Below are positions 1 to 13,800 of a stretch of 64,000 bases of DNA, piece by piece. The stretch spans positions 186,001-250,000 of the forward strand of contig NMRA01000085.1 in the NCBI GenBank assembly GCA_002633005.1. Direction: 5' to 3'. A program made the translations under genes and the position numbers. How positions within the stretch are numbered: the stretch's first letter is position 1; each line of letters opens with the position of its first letter. The notes beneath the pieces are model-generated. The model was not told where the DNA came from and did no database searches. It saw only the letters and a program-made list of their open reading frames with translations. This stretch comes from Phoronis australis. Its lineage: Eukaryota > Animalia > Phoronida.

Positions 1-589
1 TTCATCAGGGGAGACTACTCTGACATTGAACTTGGTCTCCACCTAGTGGTCATGATGGGTGAATTCCGGTCGTTTTGTCCACGATGCTTTTGGCTTGTAC
101 TGTACTAAATAGCTGTCCGCGTGGAATTTTGAATGCATCACGCAACAGTCAACTACAAAACACTATTTGTACAAATCCTAAATTACACTATGTGTTGCCA
201 TGTTGTTCAGTGCAATGCAATTTTTTATTTTCTCGCGCGTTATAAGACATTTGAAAATGTCATTTTGTAACGGCGAATGTACACTCGTTTTTTGAGTTCA
301 CAACACTTATGGGGAAGTATCAGTTTTGGGGCTGGTTTCGGCCGATCTCTCCGCGTCCGTTTGTTTTACTTTGGTGATTAAGTTTTCCCTCTGTATTGAC
401 AACAAACTTTGGAGATTGCTGGAAATTTCGCATACATAACGTTTGTAAATAAACTTGTAAAAGCATTCATTGGTTTAACAGTTATCTAAGTTCCATTGAC
501 TATGACGGTATTTGGAATAGTGTTCTAATCAGAATAAGTTTGATTCAAGTTGTTTAGCCCACCTCGGTGAATAGTTTGACAAACAGGAA

Positions 590-1300
590 TTGTACAGTTT
601 AGGTTTCTAGTATGGAGAAGACGATGCCTTCTCATTTTCAGATGGATTTGACGTATTCTGTGCCACTCTGTGGCCATTTTAAAAAATTTTTAGTACGTTT
701 CTTACACACCTTCATTTCCACTTAACTGCTTGAAGAATTATTATTAAAATTTGTATGTGCATTTTTATGGTGAGAAAATCGAGGATGATGTTCGATTTTC
801 GCACATGTTCAACTATTCTGCCCCCCCCCTCAGTGGATATTTTATTTTTTTGCATCCACGGCTGTATCTGCTTTACCATTTGCGAGATCTTTCTAAAATT
901 TAGCAGATGTGCTCCTTTGGAAACGCCAATAGATGACGACCAGTTTTAGACCGATCCAAGTACAGCTTTCTTCGCTAGTGGCAATTGTATTTTTTACGTT
1001 TGCCTCTGTATTTTCCATACTTTTCATGAAATTGGATGAATTTCTATCATGAAGAAAACAGCATCTTTCCTGATGTATTCAACATATTCTGCACCTATTA
1101 GTGTCGGACCATTTTTAGTCTTTTTGTCGCTTGGTTCTGTATCTGCCACTGTGTTTCTACTGATGAGCACGACCGACGTGGATTTTCAGATGGGTCCAAC
1201 TACTGTGGTGCCCCCTACTGACATTTTTTTTCTCAGGTGTATCTCCTAAACTCCTCGTGCTTCTGAAATTTTGCAATTGTATTCCTATTAACTCGACAGC
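590..1300 (+). mobile_element. Degenerate copy of the HINE internal ~150-bp repeat array
   Basis: Decayed matches to the 47-48 kb repeat units at ~150-bp spacing: gatggatttgacgtattctgtgccactctgtggccatttt (~640), ccccccctcagtgg (~822), gctagtggcaattg (~974), actactgtggtgccccctactgac (~1200). Confidence 0.6.
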
Positions 1301-2034
1301 AGATAGACAGATTGGCAAATACTGAGAGGCAATGACACCTTATTTTTGAATGGATTGTCGTGGGCATTGATTTTGTATTGTTCTCTGTCCACCTTGTGCG
1401 TAATCATCCGACGGATCTTTTTGGAATATACAACTTATGTTTGTCTCGATTATATAGATATATCTATATGTTGACCCACTTGCTAATTATCAAACAAATC
1501 CCACTCCTGTTGAGCCACTTATTGACAGTTTTTACAGCCTCCTAGTTATTGGCTGAAATTGCAGAAATTGATGCTCAAGAAATTCAACAGGTGCGCAGTG
1601 AGGAGGCATCTAACAACTTTACTCAAGTGATAACATTTTGCTTGGACGGTTTGAAATAACAAGAACACCAGTTGGTGGATCTAAGTTGGGCACGATTTGT
1701 TTTTGTGCTCTCAGAAGTTACACATAACGCTTCACAAATAACCCGCTGTTTTTCTTATTTTATTTTCTCTTCTTTCTCCCGTTACAATACAAATGTCAAT
1801 TTATACATTAAACAATATTGAATTGTACGAAATGCACTAGAACGCAAAGTAAGCCACGTAATGACACGAGACATTGCGACATAGTAACATCAAACAAACA
1901 CCCATTATAGGATTACAGAGCACCGGTGCCTAACTGAAATAACCCATCATTGCAACAACAGTCCAGGTTTACGTTCCCTGCAGCAAAGAGAGCAACGTGA
2001 ATATCAACTACACCAATGCGTAAGAACAAAAATC

Positions 2035-2095
2035 CATCTTGACCTCTCACATGTGAACATCTTGACCTCTCACACATGTGACCATCGTTACCTCC
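2035..2095. repeat. Short ~23-bp tandem repeat (catcttgacctctcacatgtgaa) x~2.5
   Basis: Directly visible. Confidence 0.6.
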
Positions 2096-4483
2096 GGAGA
2101 CTGCATTGAAATAGAATCACCGAATCCAGCGCTTTGTTCCGCAGAGTCAAGAATCTCCTAAGTAAGATTAGCGCGGTCTTATCCTTCGTTTAAAATGCAT
2201 GGCAATGTCTTGCTTGCATTTTTGAAAAGTTCTTACATCTATGGAACACTTCCCAGATCAGAAACAAAAAAACATGTTTGTTTCGATTCAAGAATAAATA
2301 TATCGCATTAACACTGAAATGGCAAAAATTTCTGTAACAGATTTGATGAATTTCTCAAAGAATCTTATAATAAGAATTAAAATTTGCCAACATTTTCTTG
2401 TAACTATTACCTGCCTCGGATAAATTAAAAAATATGAAAAGTTATAAAGAATGATTAAAAATTTGGAAAAACTGTATTTTTGACGAACATTAATTTTATG
2501 CAACAATACTTGACATTCCTTGAAGGTACTGGACAGAGAGAGTTCTTGATTTGAGCAAGACCCTATTTGAATAGACATGGAAGTGCCAGTTTCCAAACTC
2601 ATGGTGCAGGGTCTTGCAGTTATTGTCTATGAAAACCGCCAGAGGGCGACAAAATTTTGCTGGAACCAGCAGTCATCAATTTCCAGTAGAGGGAGCCAGA
2701 CGGCTCTGCAAGATTGGGAAAACTATTTTACAGCAAGTTCTAGAAGTGGTGATTTATAATTTCCTGACAACTAGTTGTTCACCTAGATGAATGATAGCGC
2801 ACACAGTCTACTCCTTGTGGTCAAACAACCTGCACAAAACCCTGCCGCTTTCCAAGAACACGGCTGTTCTACGTGACAAACAGCTTCAATGATTCTAACT
2901 CACATGAGGCAAAGCAACATACATCTGGGTGAAAAGCTAGAGTGACTTTCAACAAGAGCATAGAGCCATATTTAAATGACCATTACAAATCAGCAAGTAA
3001 AGTGCTGCGACCTTGGTTAGTGGTCTGTTCATGTGACTTTCTAAGGTTACACGGAATTCGATAACTGGATCACTTCGGAATACTCCGATAATTCGCCTAA
3101 TACTTCTGAACAACCGAACAAAGAATTGAGAGAGAGCTGGAACACGTTCAACGATAAATTATGGCTGTCGGGTAGTGTCGTGAACATTTACCTGTCACAA
3201 TACCTCACACATAACGAACAGAACCAATACAACATTAGCACGGGCTTTAATCTTTAACAGCTCAGAATGAAATCGGATAAAACTTACTCTTAACATTGGG
3301 CCCTCTTTTGCGACAGAGAATCGGACTGTTGTAAGAATGTGGACAAAATTACCGTACAAAATTCTAGAAAACAAACAGAAATACGAAGGGCACACATGGT
3401 GCACAAAACAGCATGGAATAAAAAATGACTTCCTCCCAGCAAAGCAAGTCCACAAGATATTTCTAACTTATCTCTTGATACACAAGGCTTGGAAGCCAGT
3501 ACTGTTATGACATGAGACACAATCAAGTCACCTTGGATTAAAGCTACTTAGAAATTAAACTGAGACAAAATTACAAAAATTAAAAAATACAACAAACTAA
3601 ACATAACTAAGTTACGCTATTAACACTATACTACACAAACTATTTAATCAAAATTTTCACTTGTCCAAAATGTCTCCCAGAAGAAGCAGAATCCCCTCCA
3701 ATATTAAAGGTTCAAAGTTGGACCAATCAGCGGAGAGGTCAAAGGTCATCGACTGACAGGTGAAGAGAAAATGCGAATCACAAGGAGGTCTTTTATCACT
3801 TGCACTGTACTATGATGACGATGACAGTTTCCAGTATTTTACAGTAAGACATCAATATAGAAACACATCAAATAATAGGCACCAATAATAATCACAATCA
3901 TAGCAGTAATAATGTCGTTTGCGCAGATAAGACAATATGCCCACAGCACAAGTACAGTCCAATAAATAGGTCAGACACACTACATGTCGACATATAATAA
4001 TATAGAGAAAATGTCTATACGCTTATTTCTGCGGACACTTATTCACCGTGTAAACCCAGGAAAAACCAGAAATATTTGTCCTTTTCAAGACTGTGGTAAA
4101 TTCCAGACCTCCAAATTCAAAATCAGTTGTCACTGAAGAGACACCAAACGAGAAGGCAATGTTAACATTAATATTTACCCTCAATCAACAGGCTTAGCGC
4201 TAATTTGAACCTAATGTAGAGATTTATACTCCAATCACTGTAAACTTGTGCACTGATTACAAAAACATACTGAATCGGGGAAAAGGTCGTCCTTAAAATA
4301 ATTTCATTTCCCCTCGCCCTTCCTTCAAAGGTCCCAGATGCACAAGCTTTTCATTATCTGTTTTAACTGAAAAAATTCTTTAGTCACATTACAAATAAAG
4401 TTGTGCCTATGGCCATATGTAGATATTTCAATGAATCACATTCTAAAGTTATGCACCTATTTTGTGACCAGTCTCTTGAGGGG

Positions 4484-4580
4484 ATGCAAATCTACAGCCA
4501 GTTAATGCCAAATCTACTGCCACTTTATGCCAAATCTACTGTCAGTTTATGCCAAATCTACTGCCAGTTTATGCCAAATC
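4484..4580. repeat. 22-bp minisatellite (tttatgccaaatctactgccag) x~4, downstream of the BET stop codon
   Basis: Directly visible repeated atgccaaatctac units. Confidence 0.8.
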
Positions 4581-4872
4581 AGGCCACTTTTGTTGCTTTC
4601 CCAAGGGCAGCCCAGTCTCTCATCCTCTGACCTGTCAACACTACATAATGCAATTCCTTAAGACCTGACGTCCCGACAAATCACAAGAAAACACAGTGTC
4701 CAGTCAACAAATCAGAGGAGAACACAGTGTACCATCGGCTAATCACAGGACAGCATAGAATGCTTTCAACCAGTCCAGTAAAAAAACAACCGACAACACG
4801 TTCAACTTATCAATTCAGAAAACAATCTATCGTCCACCAATCAGAAAGAGTTTGTTCTCAACATCCACACTG

Positions 4873-7800
4873 TTATGTCCATTCTTCAAACGAGGCCATC
4901 AACTCACTCTGGGCATTCATGTCGATTTTATTGGCCATCTGAAAAATACACCACAACCATGTTGATATTTACTATTCAACGGCTTTGGACTACCAAAACA
5001 ACATGCCAAGGACAACAACACTTCGATCATTCCAACAACTTCTACGTCCATTTATACAGCTCATTACGCCCCAACACCCACCCAAATTCACCCCCTAATA
5101 CGCATGCCCCCTCAGAAGTGTACACCCACCCCCGTTCACCCCATCAACCCCTACGTCTCTTTAGGTAATCCCTCCATTTACTCACCGCCTCTCGTTTCCT
5201 CCTCTCTTGCTCTTTCAACCTCTGCCTCTGTTTGTCCATTTCCCTTTGCCTCGCGGCCGCGTCCTCTTGACTTCTCTGCTTCTCCATCTCCTCCTGAAAA
5301 ATGCACCGATTGTTAAACGACGAGACTGAGCGTCAAGTCAACGCTTAAAATCAAACGGAGTTTGAAAGGAACTGACAAGACAAAGCTACAATCTTCGAAG
5401 GCATGGGAAAATGAGCACAATACCACCAACTCAATAGATCGCCAAACTTAGCAGAAAAGTGGAACAAAATCCCATCTCGTCGCGTAACCATGCGTGAGGT
5501 CAGGCAAACCTCAGATGAACTGTGCAGTAACAGGTTAGCAACATGAAGCCAAGTGAAGTGAGACAAACATCCGCCTTCTCACTGCTTCTTATCTCACAAA
5601 AAGACTACTGAAGGTGCAAAGTAAAACGAAAAGAATCCACTCGAGTCAGACAGCCACTTGACTGAATGAGTATCATTGTGAAGTTGGTGAGCTTCATGCA
5701 CAAGACGAGTCTCCCTCACACATAACTTCGGACTTAGGGTATAGGGCTTTTAAAACTTTTAAGTGGGTAGTTTCATAAGAGTTACAGGGAACAAGAAATT
5801 CGGCAGAAATAAACCAAGCATCCAAAACCAAACAAAAGTTAGGAAACTCCTGTGTAGTGGTCTACAAATCAGCATGGATAAAGACACCAGAAAAAGGAAG
5901 TGATATATACAAGAGAATAACTAACCCAAAGAAAAATGGCTTCCAAGTTTAGAAGAGTACTGGTAAGAAAAGTTATAATTATGATGGAATCTTAACATTT
6001 AGTCTTTACTCGACCAAATAACCAAGTCAAGAATCAATTCTCTGAATCTAAAAGTTACCTGCTGTGCCTGGCGCACCCGCTCCAGCGCTTCCTCTTCCTT
6101 ACGTTCACGCTCGCGGTCAGCCTCTTCTTGAATTCTCCGACGCTCTGCTCGTTCCCTCTGTTGGCGCATCATCTCTTCTTGTTGTTTTAATGTTCGTTCC
6201 TGTGGGCAATGACACGGTAAATTCTCAATGCAATCACAACTGCTCCACACCCTTCAGCCGGAGTAGATAACAACGGTTACTCACGAAACGATCCCACACA
6301 TAAACCAAAAATTGAGAAATCACCATGACATTAACAATTGCAATGGTTTTAAAACATGCTTAACTCTTTTGCAACACAAGTACAGGCTCGAGGCTGGACT
6401 CGTATCATACACAACAGGTTATTGGTTGGCCCAACTTTTAAGTGAATGGTACTACCAATGTACCTCGATGTGCACGTCCCACATTCAATCCCTTAAGACC
6501 AGAAAGAACATTGTTTCCAATCCTTGCTTCCCTTATCCACACACTGTAGATCCCCCAGTCAAAGACAGCAGCTCCCCCTATGTGGATAAAGCAGCTCCCC
6601 CTACAAGGGCACAGCAGTTCCACTTATCCACCAATAGCAATGCTCCAACCTACCCTTTCTTCCTTCTCTTTAGCTTGCTTTTTGAACAGCTCAAAGCTCT
6701 CGTTGGTCGACGGCTTCTTGGACTGGCCACTATTGAGACTGCTGGACAAGTTAGCCAGACTTGACCACGAGCCAGCATTCTTGACACCACCAGTCTGAAG
6801 AAGACCATATACAGCAGGTCAAACAGACTGGACATTGGAGATTTAAAGACACTAAGTTGACCTCCAGTCATGATAAAATGAACAAAGAACACATTGGTTT
6901 GGTGCATTTACACCTTACTCTGCAAATCTCTAACACCAGCAACAAATATAGACAATAACAGACAACTACAAACTATAACAACATTACAATTGAAGTAAAA
7001 AACGAAGTCAAATTTATTTAAGCTCAGAAAATACTTCCTCTCACCTTTTTGGACTGAGACGTCGAGGACGAAGATTTTTCCAGCTTTTTGAGATTTTCAC
7101 TGCTTCCAGACGAGTTGAGTGAACTGATGCCGTAAGAAATACCCACTCCGCTAGCCGCTGTGTGACAATGTAATGGTAGGGTTAGCAACAACCAATGAAA
7201 TTGAATAGCACATCACATGTACAATACAACTATGATAATGAAGGTAACGAATACAAAGTACCCAAGTAATAACACAACTGGTGTTTGGCGATCTTCCATA
7301 CACATTTATATTAAGCGACAGAGACAGAAATCTCACTGAAAGAAAATATTGCACAAAATTCCTAAGACGCATTTCACCATGCTTAGGCCAGACTCACAGA
7401 CAGTGCGTAAATGTGCCATTTTCGAATTTGGAATTTTAGGGTTGCCCAACCCCGATAAAATCTGAATGCTCTCTTGAGTCACCGATGGTTTCGATGGTCT
7501 TTGTCCATGATGGAAATGGAATCCTATCACAGTAAAGTATACTATGAGAGCAACTTTATGAGAGTAAAAGGCCTAATTTATTTTTATTTTTCAACCAGCT
7601 CAACACAGTGAAATGCTGCTTAACAAAACACCGAATCAAGCCTATCCATACAAAAACTTATCATAAGAGGACAAACTAAATATCACTTACAGACAGTAGC
7701 CCCAGGTGGAGCTGGCTTAGGACTAGGTCGCGGACTGTCTTCGTCACTAGCCAATGGCAACTTAGGGGGCAGAGTCTCCTTTTGAGGTTTAGTTGAAGGA

Positions 7801-10800
7801 GCATTCACTTTTGAGGGTGGAGCACTCTTTGTGACAGTTGGTACAGTAGCCGATGTGATCTTGCTGGTTGGCGTGGCAGCAGGTGGCGCTGGCTTTGTCG
7901 GCGACTCGGGCTTGACGGGAATGACCCGAGTAGAGGGAGGTGAGGTCGTCGGCGGCTTATGATGAAGTAGGGCACTGATTGCACTGGGGTGACCTGCATG
8001 AAGGAGCGAATAGTCAAGTTTGGATCCATAGTTAAAAGGATACTGCAGCCGGTTTGGGCCTATCAAGTGATGTTAACAAACGACTAGCTTCTCTAACGTA
8101 GAATACCCTGTAACCCTTGCCTTACCTGGAGTAAGTTGTAAAAATCTTTACAGAGTCTGCTAAACTGGCAAATGGGACTAACACTTTAGGTGAGCTGCAT
8201 GGCAAATGTGAGGAAAGACTACACCCCATCTCATGACAGAAGGAGTGTTTTAAATTAGTTGAATGCCGCTTTAAGTAGGAAAGTGACACAGCAATGGTGA
8301 ATTAGCAGTGGACAGAATGACAGGCTGAAATCCTCAAAACATATGGTTTAGAATCCTTATCTGTCAATCAAACTGACGTTTGACCACTGGCTTCATCTCG
8401 TTCCTTACACAGATTAGAAATAATTTCTAGGATTGAGAACCGGAAGTACGTCTTTGTTTCAGAGTAGGCTCGTGAAATTTACTCGTCACGACACACTAGT
8501 TTCAGTCGCCAAGAGCTCCAGGAGAGTAAGTTTCATTGAAGTGAAAGCAAACGAGTGAAGACAGTTGAAATTTTAAAAATCAGGATGCCGTTCATAGAAA
8601 CTACAATCACGTGAAAGCATCTCAGAATGTCCGGAGTTTCATGAGGTATGCTCTGAAACCAGTTAACTCATATATGGCTGGAGGGCCAGATTACACTTGA
8701 CTGGTTACTAACTAGTCACTAACTAGTTACTAACTATCTTCATATGGAGCTTGGTGCTATCAGAGACTGAATAGTCACCAACTTTGAGAAAAGTTTTAGA
8801 GTTTGACATTTTCCACGTCAACAGAAACGAATATCGCCTTAACGCACTTCAGAAATGATATTGTAAAAAGTCGATAACTGCAGATTGTAATTAGATACCT
8901 GGTTGGGTGTTGACATAGTTGTGTGCTATTCCCATCTCAGACACAGGAGGTTTAAAACTGAATTTGCAGTCATGACTATTTTAGAATTTTCACACTATCA
9001 TTTGAGTTTTCATTCAAATTTTGACCCCGTTTCTGAAAACCTTATTCTTCACTCCTGTAGAGCACACTTGAATGGTGATCAACTCTAAAGAACCCAGGAC
9101 AGAACAATAGTGCAGACCACAAATTAGCCAATGATCACACGGCTACACAAAGAACATTTGTCAAAATACACAACAGAACAGGTAGCCATAATAGTTTTGG
9201 CTGCAATATCTTGCCGGGTTGATTTACATTGTGTTAACGTGATACAGTGACCGACAATGAAACTTTACACCAACTTACTGTTTTTAGGTTGAGGTTTCGC
9301 TGTTGCTGTGGCCGAAGGTCGCCCTGGTTGCGCTGGCAAGATATGTCCACCGGTTGGTTTGGAAGGCTCTGCAAATACAACAGTCAACTATGAGAGACAA
9401 ACAAGGCAAAAAACAAAAAACAAAACAAAACATCAATTAATGAGACAACAATGCATTACAGCTAATAAACCAGTTCTTACCTTTGGGCTGAGTGCTTTGA
9501 TTGTTGGTTAGAGTTGACTGTTGCTCTGTGAGCGTAGGCTGAGCAGCAGGAGACTTGGCAGGACTTTTCTGGAAACAGACGGTGGATGTCAGAAATCAGT
9601 AGTGGACACGGTTCATTGAACAAGCATCCCAAGAGGCAGAAATGGGTGATTATAAATTATCTGCTTTTTCTGCAGCAGATTTAAGGGCTGTTCCAGCAAA
9701 ATCTGTGTGGGGGGGAAGGCAACTGAAATAAAAATTTATGGGTGGTTGCGTTTGATTTAAATTCATAATGGCTGGTGGTCGTACTTCAAAATAATAAAAA
9801 TTTACAGGTCGTTGTTGTTTCATTGGGCCATAAATGTTTGATGGTGGGTAATTTTAGTAAATTTTATAAACAATCCGCATAGAATCAAGAACTGAAACAA
9901 AAATGCAACTTGCAAAAAGCTCCGACTTTTTCACTCCCTCCGATCTCCTTATCGGCATGCCCATAACACCATTTAACCACAAGTGCTCGAATTTCTCGAT
10001 GGCTAATAACCATATATAAGAAACGTATGTTTTCTTAGTAATGAATGACGTTAGTGGTGATGGAGGAACAGATAAACTCAAGCGCCTGTGCAGTCAACCA
10101 CAAGAACAAAAAAAATTACGGGTGGTTGCATTTCGAACTTATAAAAAATTACGGGTGGTAGGCTGAAGAAATAAATGAAAAATATGGGTGGTGGGTGCGA
10201 AAAAAGGTGCCTTCCCCCCTCCCATACAGACTTTACTGGAACAGCCCTAAGTAAAGATCACGGGCATGTGCATTTTTGGTGTCAATTCTAATGCATCAAA
10301 TAGAGATAGGCCACTGAGTACTGCGACTACAGTCATGTAAATATGTTTTAGTTGTTATGTAACAAGACGGTTTGCTAACCCTCTTAACATACAGAATTAC
10401 ACATTTGCAGTGTTCACAACTGGAACAATTATGAGACCAAGTAGACTGCACAATGATTATTATGGTAACCACTACCTCTAGTAAAAAGGCAACTTACTTT
10501 ATTCAGTTTTGTTTGTTTTGCCTTTGGTGCCCCTGTGTGAAGAGAAGAAGACAATATTGATTACAGAGCTTTTCAAACAATGGACAAAATTATTTCATTC
10601 AGTAGGTGAGACATGTTTAGTAAGCCCATTTGAGGCTGTATCCTCTTCAGTTCTGATGTTAGGGGTCTATTGCTTGAAAAAAATTCTGCCTGTTGAACCT
10701 GGTTACGGCAGCTGGAAATCTATCTTCAAATCGGCAGCTTTTGAAAATCTGTTTTCGCTTGACTTCAATATATGGAATACAATATCGTTAACAAAAACAT

Positions 10801-13800
10801 TTTCAGCAAACGTTCCAAAAAACCCAGACTTTCAGAACTAGATAGTTGATAACAAAAAAAAACAATCAGCAACTGCGCTTTAAGGAATCTTTTATCAGGG
10901 ATTTAACTTAGAAACTGAAATCAAATCTGGCTCTTTTCAACTCAGTCCTTGCGTCTGGTGTAACACCAAATTTTCACAAGAGTGCAACACCCCCCACCGT
11001 TGTTATCCAAACTACAAACAGCCACTTACTAACATAATTTTGTTAACCTAAGGTGGCCGCATAGGAGAATTGACTTCTTAAAGTTAAATACTCTTCAAAT
11101 ACAATTTTTAAACCAACGAAACACCGAAATCCCTGAACAAAGATGCCAAATACAAAATCCCGTGGTTTGACAGCAATCAGAAAACTACGTTTCATGTTCT
11201 AAGGTTCGGGTTCTCGTTTTCATTGACTATGTATCACCCAAGGCTCCGTTTTTGACTCGAATAAGCTAAACATGCATGTTGTGCTAAGGGGAGCATCACC
11301 GTGGACGCAATTTTGAAGTTACACGTAACACATAAATCCAAGAAACGAAAACCACTTGTTTCATTTTTTGATGTATCATTATCCATTTTGATACCAAAAA
11401 AGGTAAATTCGACTCCTTTCCCCAGTTTCCATTTAGCCAGTGCTGTGATTTTTGAGCTGCTATTACGCACCCCAAGTAATTGAAATGGACGCCATTATTT
11501 TGCAAGGTGGGTCCAGTTCTAATCTCAATGCAGATTCCATCGTTGAGAACATAGATTAAACGATTCTGAAAACTCAGTTCCGCAATCCTTGAACTTAATC
11601 AGAAATCAAATTTACAACTCCTGTGGTTTCTCCTAACCAAACTGTGATAAGTTAAGTGGACTGTTGTACTAGGGCAAAATGAATGACAAAAGAAATAACA
11701 GAAGTGACAGGTAATTTCTTTCACAACATGAATAAGGCTGTAGTAGCGTCTGTATTTCAGTTCTAGCAAAAACCCATTCTCAATTTCCCAACAATGAAAG
11801 CAAAGCTTTCTTTTGTCCTGAAATCAGAGGCCTGTTCAGTGATTTTGAAACAAAGGAGAATTATAGCCAATTAGTTAATTAAGGGTGTCTATATTATGGA
11901 ACTGCTTTGTTTAAAATCTCATCTTTATTTTGGTTCACATTTTAGGATGGACACCCCCCCATTTCGGTTCCTTCATATAGAGAGCAAGCATTCCATAGCC
12001 TCCCTAATATACGTTACTACGGAGACGGTTGATTGATTACTTCAAGGGAAGACTCACATATGCTTATGCAATGTATTCCGCATTTGCAACTTGGGCTCGA
12101 TCAAATTGACAGTGTATGCATTTTTAATAAAAACATCCCCAAAATGTCAAAACAGGAGACTCTACAAACACGAAGAATTCTAGTCAAAACCGCAACATTT
12201 CGATAAAATTTCGGAATAGATTAAAAATGAACTCAGATGGTCATGAAGTTACATCTGTGTGAGAAATAAACAAACGCTATTTAGTAACATTGACGTAATG
12301 TTGACTAAGATCACACAATACGATGATACAAAAAGCATCAAGTTTCATCAGTGTTTTGAGACTCTTGTGTTTAGTGTGAGGAACGTTTTTAAAATGGATG
12401 TATTTAATGCAAAATTAATAAAGATGTTTCAAGTTTTGTTATACTCATTTTTAAATCTTCAGATTGACAGAGTGCAGAATGTGTTACCAGAGCAATGGGA
12501 CAACCCGTTTAATTTAGACTAGACAATAATTTTATTTTCATTTCAATAGCATACAATTTCTTAATATTCACAATATAGAAATTCACAAATATTCTAGTGT
12601 ACAAAACAAAGATACGTGCTTTTGTAAAAAATTAAGCTAAAATGAATTGCTGATACAAAAATGAAAATGAAGAAATAAAACTAACCGTTCAAACTACAAC
12701 CTTACAAAAGCTACTTAACGCCATGGAAGTTAAAGATTGTTGTACACAAGTCAAGCACCAGACTGTCAACTGTCTAAGCCAATCAGTGACGAATCAAACC
12801 CAAAAGTAACGACTATAAACCAAACACTACATGTCAAGATTATACTCTTGAGACCTTTGTTGCACACTTGAGCCATAAGAACAGTGGTTCAATGATATTT
12901 TGTCACAAGTTGGCATCGGGTTGCTATGCATTTCAATTGTACAAGAAATGAGTCTTAGGCAATTTTTACTTTTAACATAACAAAAGGTTTTATCAAATCA
13001 GGTTTCGCAGACATTAGGGTTGAACCACTGATCAAGAGATCAACACTTGACATCGGCCCAATTTTTTCATGATTTTATCACCAAAACGACGAACAAAAGC
13101 GCAGACAATTTGCAGTGGACAAAGGTCATGTGTTGCTCCCTTAACATGTCCATTAGTTCAATGAGTGCAAATGTGTTGACAAAGGCAAGACCAGCTTACA
13201 CTGCTATCTTCTCCCTGTACCTCCAGGCCGACTTCATCCACTTGGACTGGGCTGGGTGTGGCTCTGTCCCCCGTCCGCACTTGGACTGGCCCTCTTGCTT
13301 CAGACTGCTGCTTCCAGCAACCCGCGCTAGCTATCCGTTATCACATTGCATGACACTAACTGTGTGATGGATGGGTAGGTGCGTTTACAACTACCCACCA
13401 GTCAATGTGCTCTAGTGGGCAGTAACCTCACTGCAGCTTGTTATGGTCAAAGGGGGAGTGGCCAGCAGGACAGGTGGGCTGGCCTTGTCAATGGGTAGAC
13501 ACATTCTGCACTCTACTGAAGTAGTGGAAACGTTAGTTGTATTTTTTTTCTGCTGTCTTTATTTGAATTATTCATTACAATGCTTGTAGATTAACACCCA
13601 GTGAAATGCGTATTATTAGAATCATTCCAAACATTTGAAGGCACGAACCATAGAAGTTCATTTAACAGCAAGACAACGCTTGTTGACCGATCAGCCCCTT
13701 GTATACTGACGAGTCATGATAGATTACACCGAGTTCGGAAACAACAAAAAATAATGCAATTCCAACTTACTGAAACACGTTACCAATACAACCTCAGTGA

